A stretch of DNA of 64,000 nt. It comes from a virus. The DNA is taken from IMG/VR virus record IMGVR_UViG_3300022752_000036, positions 1-64,000 of that record; one strand, 5' to 3'. Position 1 is the first letter of the stretch. The number at the start of each line of letters is the position of its first letter. Positions 56,303 to 64,000 of the stretch are shown here, piece after piece. The position numbers and the translations under genes are program-made. Under the pieces are notes generated by a model. It saw only the letters and a list, made by a program, of their open reading frames with translations, had not been told where the DNA came from and made no database searches.

Positions 56303-57643
56303 TTAGTTAAATATTTCGTTCACGGAACCGAGGAAAGAACCGTTCCATTTAGATTTCTTGATTGTTACCTCTTCTGATCGGCCAAGATCGGAAGACTTCT
56401 TAATTGCTGTTTCTGCCTCAACGGCATCTACACGCTTTTGTACTCCTGAAAGAGTACTTTTTACTTCATTTACAGCATTTGATAATGCTGTGTGTTGTTC
56501 TGCCAACTCTGTAATTCTAGCATCTACGCTCTTGCTGAATGTCTCAACTGTTTCCTTAATTGATGCAACTTGAGCAGCATTTGATTCGGATGCCTTTGTC
56601 AAAGTATCCGAGAAAAAGCCTTTTAGTTCGCCCAACATTTTTGCAAAATCAGGTTCTGCATTGACCTCAACTTCTGATACGTCGGCTGCTTTCTCCAGAG
56701 TTTCGGCAGGAGCGTCTTCTGCAGGTGCTTCTGCTGCGGCTGGAGCCTCTGCTTCAACTGCAACTGCTTCGGCTGGAGCCTCTGCAACTGGAGTTGTCTC
56801 TTCTGCAGCTACGGCAGTCTCTTCGACAACTGCTACTGCTTCTGTATTTTCTGACACTTCATTACCTCCTTCTGCGTTTGCCTGTTTTGCTAATTGTGTA
56901 TCAGGCAACGTAAATCTTGATTGCTTATATGCATCAAGAATCTTATCTATCTCTTTTGACTTATTAACATCTGAGCTTTCAACCCATCCAATAAGTTCTG
57001 CTGGCTTTCCAGATACTGGAGAGTCATAAGTTTTTTCTGTTGAGATAAAAACAGAATCGCTTTCTTCGCAATAAAAAATATTTTCAATTTTTGTTTCTGC
57101 AGCAATTCCTTTAAACACAAGTTGACCATTCATCTTTTGAATTGACAAAATGTTGCATAACTCATTTGCTGGAGAATCTACAATTGAAAGTTCAAGCAAA
57201 GAATATTCTTTAATAAATCTAGTTGTTTTTCCTGTTGCTTTATTTACTTCATTATCAGATTCTGTAATCTTTCCGCCAATTGAGAATCCAGATAGTGTGC
57301 CATCCAAAACTTTTTCCCATGTGTCTTGTGCACCCTTAGATATGTATGCGTCTACATACACTCCATTATAAAATTCTTTTGTTCTTGGATCATAGTATGT
57401 TTCTGGTTTAAAAGAAATCATTTTGCCTACAGCATTTGATCCATGCATCTCACGAATATTTCCACGGAAAGATTCAAAAGCTTTAATTGATGCTTCTGCT
57501 GTTACGACATCGCCTGTTTGATCCAAATTATCTAGGGTAGCAAATCCAGATACAGTTCTTTTTTCACGGTTGACCTTAGTAAAAGGAACCGAGAGAGAAA
57601 TGCTGTTTCCATCGCTGGACCACAATGATTTTTCAATATTCAT
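56303..57643 (-). CDS. prohead protease fused to scaffold domain
   Basis: VSGFAT...D.TGD, REMH, GFSIGG, ELSIVD.PAN; Ala/Glu-rich linker and coiled coil. Confidence 0.88.
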   Translation of the reverse strand: MNIEKSLWSSDGNSISLSVPFTKVNREKRTVSGFATLDNLDQTGDVVTAEASIKAFESFRGNIREMHGSNAVGKMISFKPETYYDPRTKEFYNGVYVDAYISKGAQDTWEKVLDGTLSGFSIGGKITESDNEVNKATGKTTRFIKEYSLLELSIVDSPANELCNILSIQKMNGQLVFKGIAAETKIENIFYCEESDSVFISTEKTYDSPVSGKPAELIGWVESSDVNKSKEIDKILDAYKQSRFTLPDTQLAKQANAEGGNEVSENTEAVAVVEETAVAAEETTPVAEAPAEAVAVEAEAPAAAEAPAEDAPAETLEKAADVSEVEVNAEPDFAKMLGELKGFFSDTLTKASESNAAQVASIKETVETFSKSVDARITELAEQHTALSNAVNEVKSTLSGVQKRVDAVEAETAIKKSSDLGRSEEVTIKKSKWNGSFLGSVNEIFN

Positions 57644-57696
57644 ATGCTTAATTATAGGTTTTTATATATCAAAAGGCAAATAGTAGTTGAGTGAGG

Positions 57697-59280
57697 TTAG
57701 TCAACCTGTCTTCCGTCTCCCTTGGTATTTCGGCCTTCCCCAGAAACGTCTGGAGAGTTTGCCTGCCTTTCTTGAGACCTTTGTCTACTATTCATGGCCT
57801 GAGATTTAATTTCTGCTGCCTTTGCCTGTAAATCTACAACGTCATCTCCGCCCTCAATTGGAATCATTCCCTTTCTAATTCTAACTTCATTAGGGGTAAT
57901 TACCTGCATTCTAAGATATCTTTCGTCAATCTTAGACTGGGTATCTTCATCTGTAAGGGTCAATTCATTAAATTTAAGAAGTAAGGCATCTGTTTTTTCT
58001 TCAAATATTCTATTAATTTTCTTTTCAAGAATCATTTGTGCTGGACGGCAAACTTGCTCTTTAAACATCTTATCTGCATCACGAGCCACTGCAAGATTAA
58101 CTCCCTCTGGAGTTCCTATTTTATTAATAGGTACACGATGAGCAAGCAAAATTTCATCTCTATTAGATTTACGATATTTTTCAAACGAGCCCTCTTGACT
58201 GCCTGCCTCAATAGGATCCATTTTAAATTCTACTTTAGAATCTGGAGAATCTGCTGGAAGCGGAACATATAGAGATCTGTGGTTCTTGCCTTTTAGGCCT
58301 ACCTGGAAAAATTCTAATAGTTTTCTTTCAGATTCTGCAGATAGCTTTGCTCCCTTAACAGTAATAATGTATCTTGGAACTGCCTTATTTTCAAAATAAT
58401 CTATGTTGTATCTGCCAGATAGTTCGTTTCCAGCTAATGCTACCTGTGCAGCAATAATATCTGGAACGCCATAATAATTATTCATAGGGGTATATTTCTT
58501 TAAATGAATAATTTCATTTGGTCTTTCTTCTTGACTTCCAATTGGATTTTCTGTTTCTGTGTCTCCAAAGTTACGGAAAAATACTGCCTTACCATATAAC
58601 AACTGAACAAAGCCATCACGAAGTCTACGCACTCTCATTGTCTTTGCTGGAATATGACCAATATAGCCAATGTTTCCTGCTGTAGTTCTTCCTATTTCAA
58701 TATAACCATTTCCAGTAGCTTCTAGATCAGTATATGCCTTAATTAAGGTTTGTGTAAATGTATCTTCTTGGTTTGTTGAATCTACCCATAAGTGCATATC
58801 TTGTCTTAGCTTATTGAGTTTTCTACGAGCTCTCTCTAATTGTTTATCATCTGTAATTGAATCAAATGCATCATTTGTTTTTTTAGTTTCAATAAAATCA
58901 TAGCCCAATCCTACAATATTTGCAACCTTTGCATTAATTGCAGCATAGTTATATGTAGAAATTTCATAAACCTTAGAAAGATATTCAAGATTATATGGTG
59001 GCTCAATTAGATCAAATAGTGCATATCCTGTAATAGCCTGTGCTAGCTGTATCTGTTGGGTTTTTGTATCTTCGATTCCGTCAAAAGATTTTGCTAGCTC
59101 TCTATTTACTTTTCTTCTAAAAGCTGGTCCTAGTCCTCTGACCTTTTTTAAATCTTCTAGCCCTGCAGCAAATGGATCATTACTTACTTGAGTTTCTTTT
59201 TTAAAAGAAAACCAATCGGCTGTATTTGATATATCAATAATATTTTCTGAACTATTGTCATCAAGAAATTGCACTGTCAT
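57697..59280 (-). CDS. portal protein
   Basis: TGNGYIEI, EIIHLK...YYGVP, YFEN.AVP, HRVP, TPNEVR. Confidence 0.92.
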   Translation of the reverse strand: MTVQFLDDNSSENIIDISNTADWFSFKKETQVSNDPFAAGLEDLKKVRGLGPAFRRKVNRELAKSFDGIEDTKTQQIQLAQAITGYALFDLIEPPYNLEYLSKVYEISTYNYAAINAKVANIVGLGYDFIETKKTNDAFDSITDDKQLERARRKLNKLRQDMHLWVDSTNQEDTFTQTLIKAYTDLEATGNGYIEIGRTTAGNIGYIGHIPAKTMRVRRLRDGFVQLLYGKAVFFRNFGDTETENPIGSQEERPNEIIHLKKYTPMNNYYGVPDIIAAQVALAGNELSGRYNIDYFENKAVPRYIITVKGAKLSAESERKLLEFFQVGLKGKNHRSLYVPLPADSPDSKVEFKMDPIEAGSQEGSFEKYRKSNRDEILLAHRVPINKIGTPEGVNLAVARDADKMFKEQVCRPAQMILEKKINRIFEEKTDALLLKFNELTLTDEDTQSKIDERYLRMQVITPNEVRIRKGMIPIEGGDDVVDLQAKAAEIKSQAMNSRQRSQERQANSPDVSGEGRNTKGDGRQVD

Positions 59281-59618
59281 TTTAGACCACCTAGTTTTTT
59301 TATTTCGTCTTTATAATTTCCTATATCCAAAGGATCTGGAATTAGTCCCCATTTAAGTCTTTGCTCTTGCTCTGCATACTCTTCATCTGTAACTTTTCTT
59401 CTTGCTGAAAGAAATTTAGGCCCGCCCTCATATATGCCATACGTGCGAACTTCTCTAGCCAAAGCATCGATTCTGGATCTATTGCCTTTTTTTGACGTAA
59501 TTGAAAGATAGTTACCCTCATCATCACCAATCCAACGCCCGTCTGGCATTTCCCATACATATACACCAAGTGGGCTTTCTTCTTCTAAAGTCTTATAGTT
59601 AATCTTATTAATATCCAT
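59277..59618 (-). CDS. hypothetical protein upstream of portal
   Basis: ORF track; own promoter. Confidence 0.6.
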   Translation of the reverse strand: MDINKINYKTLEEESPLGVYVWEMPDGRWIGDDEGNYLSITSKKGNRSRIDALAREVRTYGIYEGGPKFLSARRKVTDEEYAEQEQRLKWGLIPDPLDIGNYKDEIKKLGGLK

Positions 59619-59684
59619 ATGTCTTTATTTTACCATTATTATTTACACAAGTCCAGAGTTTTGTCAAACAGAATGACAAAATTC

Positions 59685-61511
59685 TTAAATACTAGCCGAT
59701 TGATATTCAGTATTATTGATTAAATAGGCTGTTCCGTCATTGCCTAGGTCAGACTCAGTTAAAGATATAGAGGAATCTGTAATAGACAGCACATATTGGT
59801 GGGTATATAGCTGATAGTGATTTGTTGCCTGTTCTAATGTGAGGGCATCTGGATATGTGGCCAGATTGCTGTATACGTTTGATCCCCCTGATACTGATCC
59901 TGTTTGATTATAGTTAAATCTAATATTACTTGTAGCGGCTGAAGATAAAACTAATACTATGTGATGCGGCATACCCCTTGTCAAAAATTCAGACACATTT
60001 GTAGCAGAAGAATGATTAACTCCATTTACATATACTCCAGAAATATCAGATTTGTTTATTACCCCTGCTGCACTCCATTCAAATATTTTACTATTGCTTG
60101 AAAATAATACATTTTGTAATGATCCTGAAATTGATGGAGTAAACACCATTTCAATAGATCTTATAGAGTTATTTGAATCAAGATTAAATCCTCCGCCATT
60201 AAACATCCTAAGTCCATTGTAGTCGTTATAAGAAATAATAGGATGGTTATATCTAGATAGTCCGTAATCGCTAGACGAGTAGATTCTATCTGATGAATTG
60301 TCTGCATAAAAATCATTATTAGAAAATAAATCAAGAGATAAAGACTTTAATACTGGTAAATCTTTAGACGTATCTGAAGAAGACATTGTTACACGTAAGT
60401 AAACAAGACCATTTGTGATACCATCATTTTTATTAAAGAATGGTATAGGACTATTATTTTTACAATTCTGCCAAGATGTTCCGTCTTGACTTACCTGTAC
60501 TATTATATTTTCTACATCATCTTCCCAAGATACTTGAGATGTTACTACGCCTAAAGAACTTGGAATAATTATTGTTTCTGTAAAAGAAAATGTTTTTGTT
60601 CCTGAAGTATTAGTTTTAGCAAATGTAATATATGATTGATCAGTTGACATAACTGCATTTTCATTAATAACTTCAGACCATAACTTTGTTCCTGGATAAT
60701 AATATCTGGCTACTGGTCTCATTTTAGAATGATTTAAGCTAAATAATGAGCCACCGTCTGGATAAACAATTTGAGAATAATCTAATTCTTTAATTCCCTC
60801 TATATAATGTTTTGCTATTTTTGAATCACTTAATATGTATCTATAAAAAGAAACAGAGTCTACTACAAAATAATTATTTGCTAGTGACGGTCCTGTAATC
60901 CATTCTGTTGTTGTATTTGTAAATATAAATTTATCTAGCGATAGTGATTGAACTTTGTTGCCATTTATATATAAAAATAAACCATTTTTTGTATATGTGC
61001 ATACAATATGAATTGCTTTGTTGTTTGAATATTTATATCTTAATTCATTTGAATATACTTTAAAAACAATATCTCCATTTTGATAAAACAATCCTATATC
61101 TTTAAATGGATCTCCAAGTACTGTTACCTCTGAAGAGCTGTTGTTAGGCAGCTTTACCCATATTTCTAATGAAAAAGAATTATCTGAGTAATATTTATTT
61201 GCTAATCCTGGCACTTCGTATGATATTGTAGTCTCATCAGAAATTAATGTTCCATAAATTCCACCCGCAACTAATGGCATTATTTTAGAACCAGATATTC
61301 CAGAAACTGTTCCATTATTTAAATTACCTGAATAATCTAGGACTGCTTGACCAGATATTTGTTCATATGAAGTAAATGCGTCTCTTACTGCCTGATATGT
61401 TGGATACGTTGAAAGTATTTGATTATAATAATCAAATGTTCCAGATTTTACTTCATCTAAAGTATAATACGATATAGGAGAATCAGCCAGTACGGTTCTA
61501 AAGTATGACAT
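59685..61511 (-). CDS. LamG/concanavalin A-like virion protein
   Basis: VLADSPISYY.LDE, FSLEIWVK, HIVCTY, LYING. Confidence 0.75.
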   Translation of the reverse strand: MSYFRTVLADSPISYYTLDEVKSGTFDYYNQILSTYPTYQAVRDAFTSYEQISGQAVLDYSGNLNNGTVSGISGSKIMPLVAGGIYGTLISDETTISYEVPGLANKYYSDNSFSLEIWVKLPNNSSSEVTVLGDPFKDIGLFYQNGDIVFKVYSNELRYKYSNNKAIHIVCTYTKNGLFLYINGNKVQSLSLDKFIFTNTTTEWITGPSLANNYFVVDSVSFYRYILSDSKIAKHYIEGIKELDYSQIVYPDGGSLFSLNHSKMRPVARYYYPGTKLWSEVINENAVMSTDQSYITFAKTNTSGTKTFSFTETIIIPSSLGVVTSQVSWEDDVENIIVQVSQDGTSWQNCKNNSPIPFFNKNDGITNGLVYLRVTMSSSDTSKDLPVLKSLSLDLFSNNDFYADNSSDRIYSSSDYGLSRYNHPIISYNDYNGLRMFNGGGFNLDSNNSIRSIEMVFTPSISGSLQNVLFSSNSKIFEWSAAGVINKSDISGVYVNGVNHSSATNVSEFLTRGMPHHIVLVLSSAATSNIRFNYNQTGSVSGGSNVYSNLATYPDALTLEQATNHYQLYTHQYVLSITDSSISLTESDLGNDGTAYLINNTEYQSASI

Positions 61512-61531
61512 AGTATTCTCCTAAAGTATTA

Positions 61532-61732
61532 TTAAATAAGTGCTGCTATTTGTGCTTCTTTTTCTGCAATAGATGCTGTTAAAGTAGCAACAGTTTCTGC
61601 AGTTGGAGTTGGCTTTGCATTTTCTGCAATTAGCTGAACTTCAAGTGCATACATTTGATACTCAAGATTTCTAATTTCTGCTTGAGCAATTGCTGTTTTT
61701 TCATCTTCTGTCAGTCTTGTATATGTTGGCAT
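61532..61732 (-). CDS. small helical protein
   Basis: ORF track; SD AAGGAG. Confidence 0.55.
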   Translation of the reverse strand: MPTYTRLTEDEKTAIAQAEIRNLEYQMYALEVQLIAENAKPTPTAETVATLTASIAEKEAQIAALI

Positions 61733-61741
61733 TTTTTCTCC

Positions 61742-61939
61742 TTATTGTAATTCAGCCAGTAGTTGGCTGTAAGTATCTCTTTCTGATATTAAATTATCGT
61801 AGACTTGTTGATTAGACATTTTGCCTTCAATATTACCTGTCCACGATAAATCTATTAAAGAAATAGTCTCGTCTATTCCCTCTATCATTCTAGTTAATAT
61901 TATAATCTTTTCTTCTAATGTTATCATATTTATGCCCAT
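61742..61939 (-). CDS. small helical protein
   Basis: ORF track; true start may be internal. Confidence 0.5.
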   Translation of the reverse strand: MGINMITLEEKIIILTRMIEGIDETISLIDLSWTGNIEGKMSNQQVYDNLISERDTYSQLLAELQ

Positions 61940-63789
61940 GCCGTAGATTGTGCTGTTGATGTGCCGCCACTATTTGTTGCCGTTACCGAAACCCATCTAG
62001 CCCATGTATATGTAGAGCTATTTCTAGTAACGGTTACGCTACTTGCTGATGCCCCCCAGGTTCCATTTCCTGTATTTGAAGCTAATACTGTTCCTCCATT
62101 TGAGTTTGCAAATTGTATTCCCCAATCATAACTGGTTGGCCTTGATCCTCCAGTCCAAGTTATTGTGAGAGTCCATGTAGAAACTCCGCCTGGCGAACTA
62201 AAAGCATTTGAAGCTGTAATTGTTGGTTTTGTTACTGTAGGGGCCGAGTCTGTAGTTGATGAGGTAACAGATGACCATGTTGACTTTAATCCTGTAGATC
62301 CTACTGCTCTAACCCAATAGTACCTTGTTGTTCCAGCTGACAGTCCGCTATTTGTATATGATGTGCTTGTAGTTGAAAAGTCTGCAGCAACAGAATCAGA
62401 TGGAGTTGAATTGCTACCTAGCCAATATATTTCATAAGAAGCTGCTCCAGATACAGCATTCCAGGAAATTACTATTGCAGTTTGTCCGCTTGCATAAGAT
62501 GTAACGCCTGTAGGAGTTCCTGGAGCAACAATTGGTTGTTGAAGTGGACCACCTTCTGTTCCAGCTGCATAAGCAGATGTTCCTCCTGCATTTGTAGCAG
62601 AAGCATATGGTCTATAGTAATATCTTCCTGTTCCATCATAGTCCGAAGATGGAATTAAATATGTAGACGATGTAACATTTCCTGGAGCAGCAACTAGTGT
62701 TTCGCTCATTACAACACCTGGGGTTCCTCTATAAAGTCTTAAATCATAACTAGTAGGACTATTGCTCCATGAACCGACTCCGTATGTTAGTGTAGTTGAG
62801 TTTGCAGTATATGATCCTGTTGGAGAAAGTGTTGGTGCAGAAGTATTTACTGGAATTGGATTTGAAAGAGTTGCATTACCACTATTACCATATCCTGAGT
62901 ATTTAGTTGATGCTCCAACTGCTGTTCCATATTGAACTCCATATCCTTGATAGTTAGTACTTCTTGGATAAACTGTAAATGTTCTTGTACTTGTATCTGG
63001 AGGACTATAAGTATAAGAGCTTAATGTAGTATTAGTAAAATAACTTCCATTTATATAAATATCATATGAAGATGCGCCAGGCGCCGAACCCCAAGATAGA
63101 CCTATTGTATATGAAGTATTTACTGATCTAACATCTAAACTAATTGTGCCTGCTGTTCCTGTTCCAGAAACTGTTCTGGATGAATAATTAAATGAAGGTG
63201 TTCCAGCTGTTCCATTCATTACGCCTTCGTATGTTGTAGCATTTGCTGCTGCATTCCAAGAACCAGAATATGTTAGATCGCTTGTACTTAAAGCATTTAC
63301 TGAAGGAGTACTTGGAGTAGCAGTAGTATCAGAAACTGTTAAAGAATTAACTATTGGTAACATAATTATTCCAGAACTTACATTTACAGTAGTAGACCCT
63401 CTAAGATTAGTTGCTGTTACTTTACATCCTATAATAGTTTCAACATCTGCAGCAGTTGTTTGATATGTATTTAAAGTCTGCCCTGATATATCTGATCCAT
63501 TTCTTGTCCATTGATATGAATAAGAAGTTGGAATATAAGGATCTGATGAATCCCATGATCCAGTAGTTACTACATACTGACATCCAATTCTTCCGCTTGG
63601 ATAAGATGGTGTGTTGACAGATAATGTTGGAGAAGATGTATTAGATGGAAATTCTGGATAGTTTATTACCCAATTTGAACCATTAAATATCCATGCCTGT
63701 TTTGCTTTATACCAGTTTGCGTCTGTATGGAATATCCTAAACGATTTTGCATTTAGCCAAGTTGAACCATCGAATATTTTTATTGTCAC
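61930..63789 (-). CDS. Ig/fibronectin type III repeat protein (fibre or decoration)
   Basis: YSYQW, WNAVSGAASYEIY, GLSAGTTRYYWVRA; Ser/Thr-rich. Confidence 0.8.
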   Translation of the reverse strand: MTIKIFDGSTWLNAKSFRIFHTDANWYKAKQAWIFNGSNWVINYPEFPSNTSSPTLSVNTPSYPSGRIGCQYVVTTGSWDSSDPYIPTSYSYQWTRNGSDISGQTLNTYQTTAADVETIIGCKVTATNLRGSTTVNVSSGIIMLPIVNSLTVSDTTATPSTPSVNALSTSDLTYSGSWNAAANATTYEGVMNGTAGTPSFNYSSRTVSGTGTAGTISLDVRSVNTSYTIGLSWGSAPGASSYDIYINGSYFTNTTLSSYTYSPPDTSTRTFTVYPRSTNYQGYGVQYGTAVGASTKYSGYGNSGNATLSNPIPVNTSAPTLSPTGSYTANSTTLTYGVGSWSNSPTSYDLRLYRGTPGVVMSETLVAAPGNVTSSTYLIPSSDYDGTGRYYYRPYASATNAGGTSAYAAGTEGGPLQQPIVAPGTPTGVTSYASGQTAIVISWNAVSGAASYEIYWLGSNSTPSDSVAADFSTTSTSYTNSGLSAGTTRYYWVRAVGSTGLKSTWSSVTSSTTDSAPTVTKPTITASNAFSSPGGVSTWTLTITWTGGSRPTSYDWGIQFANSNGGTVLASNTGNGTWGASASSVTVTRNSSTYTWARWVSVTATNSGGTSTAQSTAWA

Positions 63790-63797
63790 GATAGCTC

Positions 63798-64000
63798 CTA
63801 GTAATAGACGTATAAATCGCCAGCTGCTGTACCCGTTGGTGGTGTTCCAGTTTGATTATAAAATATTTTATTTGTGTTAGCAGTATTTGTGCCATTTGAA
63901 TAAGCTGTTGCTACTCCTGCCGCACCTGTAGCGCCTGTAGCTCCTGTTGGGCCTGTTGCACCTGTAGCACCAACACCAGTTGGTCCAGTTGCTCCTGTTG
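63798..64000 (-). CDS. collagen-like (Gly-X-Thr) fibre protein, C-terminal part
   Basis: Manual translation TGATGPTGVGATGATGPTGATGATGAAG...GDLYVYY*. Confidence 0.8.
   Translation of the reverse strand, partial: TGATGPTGVGATGATGPTGATGATGAAGVATAYSNGTNTANTNKIFYNQTGTPPTGTAAGDLYVYY

Noticed and set aside
1-64000. Alternative genetic code, integrase/prophage boundary or reverse-transcriptase (DGR/retron) system
   Set aside because: Long genes are intact in the standard code and TAA, TAG and TGA all serve as stops; no integrase, reverse transcriptase or host chromosomal block was found.

Overview
A 64 kb internal segment of a large, AT-rich tailed dsDNA phage (siphovirus-type: long tape measure, no sheath gene seen). 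Essentially all genes are on the minus strand. The host is most likely an actinobacterium, plausibly a freshwater lineage; this is inferred from WhiB, an FmdB-type zinc ribbon, an actinobacterial-type secreted surface protein and extensive leaderless transcription. The gene content resembles large Streptomyces BE/BK-like phages. In transcription order (right to left): collagen/FN3/LamG virion proteins, portal, prohead protease-scaffold, major capsid, head-tail joining genes, major tail, tail chaperones with a -1 frameshift, a 2118-aa tape measure protein and tail tip/fibre genes. A replication/recombination operon follows (metallophosphoesterase, HTH, DnaB, primase, SSB, DnaE, MazG-like, RecA, resolvases, Cas4-like nuclease), then the terminases, five tRNAs, Hsp20, a thermonuclease, an IMPDH/GMPR-family gene, a PA14 surface protein and a CHAP lysis cassette. 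The left accessory region encodes WhiB, an HslV-like protease, a subtilase, a DenV-like glycosylase, thioredoxin, an S-layer-like protein, three dUTPase-fold-like paralogs, an HTH-HNH endonuclease and AdoMet decarboxylase. The most striking unexplained signals are non-coding: (1) an ~80-nt multi-stem RNA with an H-type pseudoknot between its own promoter and the nuclease-IMPDH/GMPR operon (18019-18097); (2) palindromic operators over promoters, one flanking the HTH-HNH promoter with arms resembling the tRNA T-loop and one over the replication-operon promoter followed by a leader terminator; (3) structured leaders on whiB-operon and hsp20 mRNAs. Product calls come from motif recognition only; no database searches were run.
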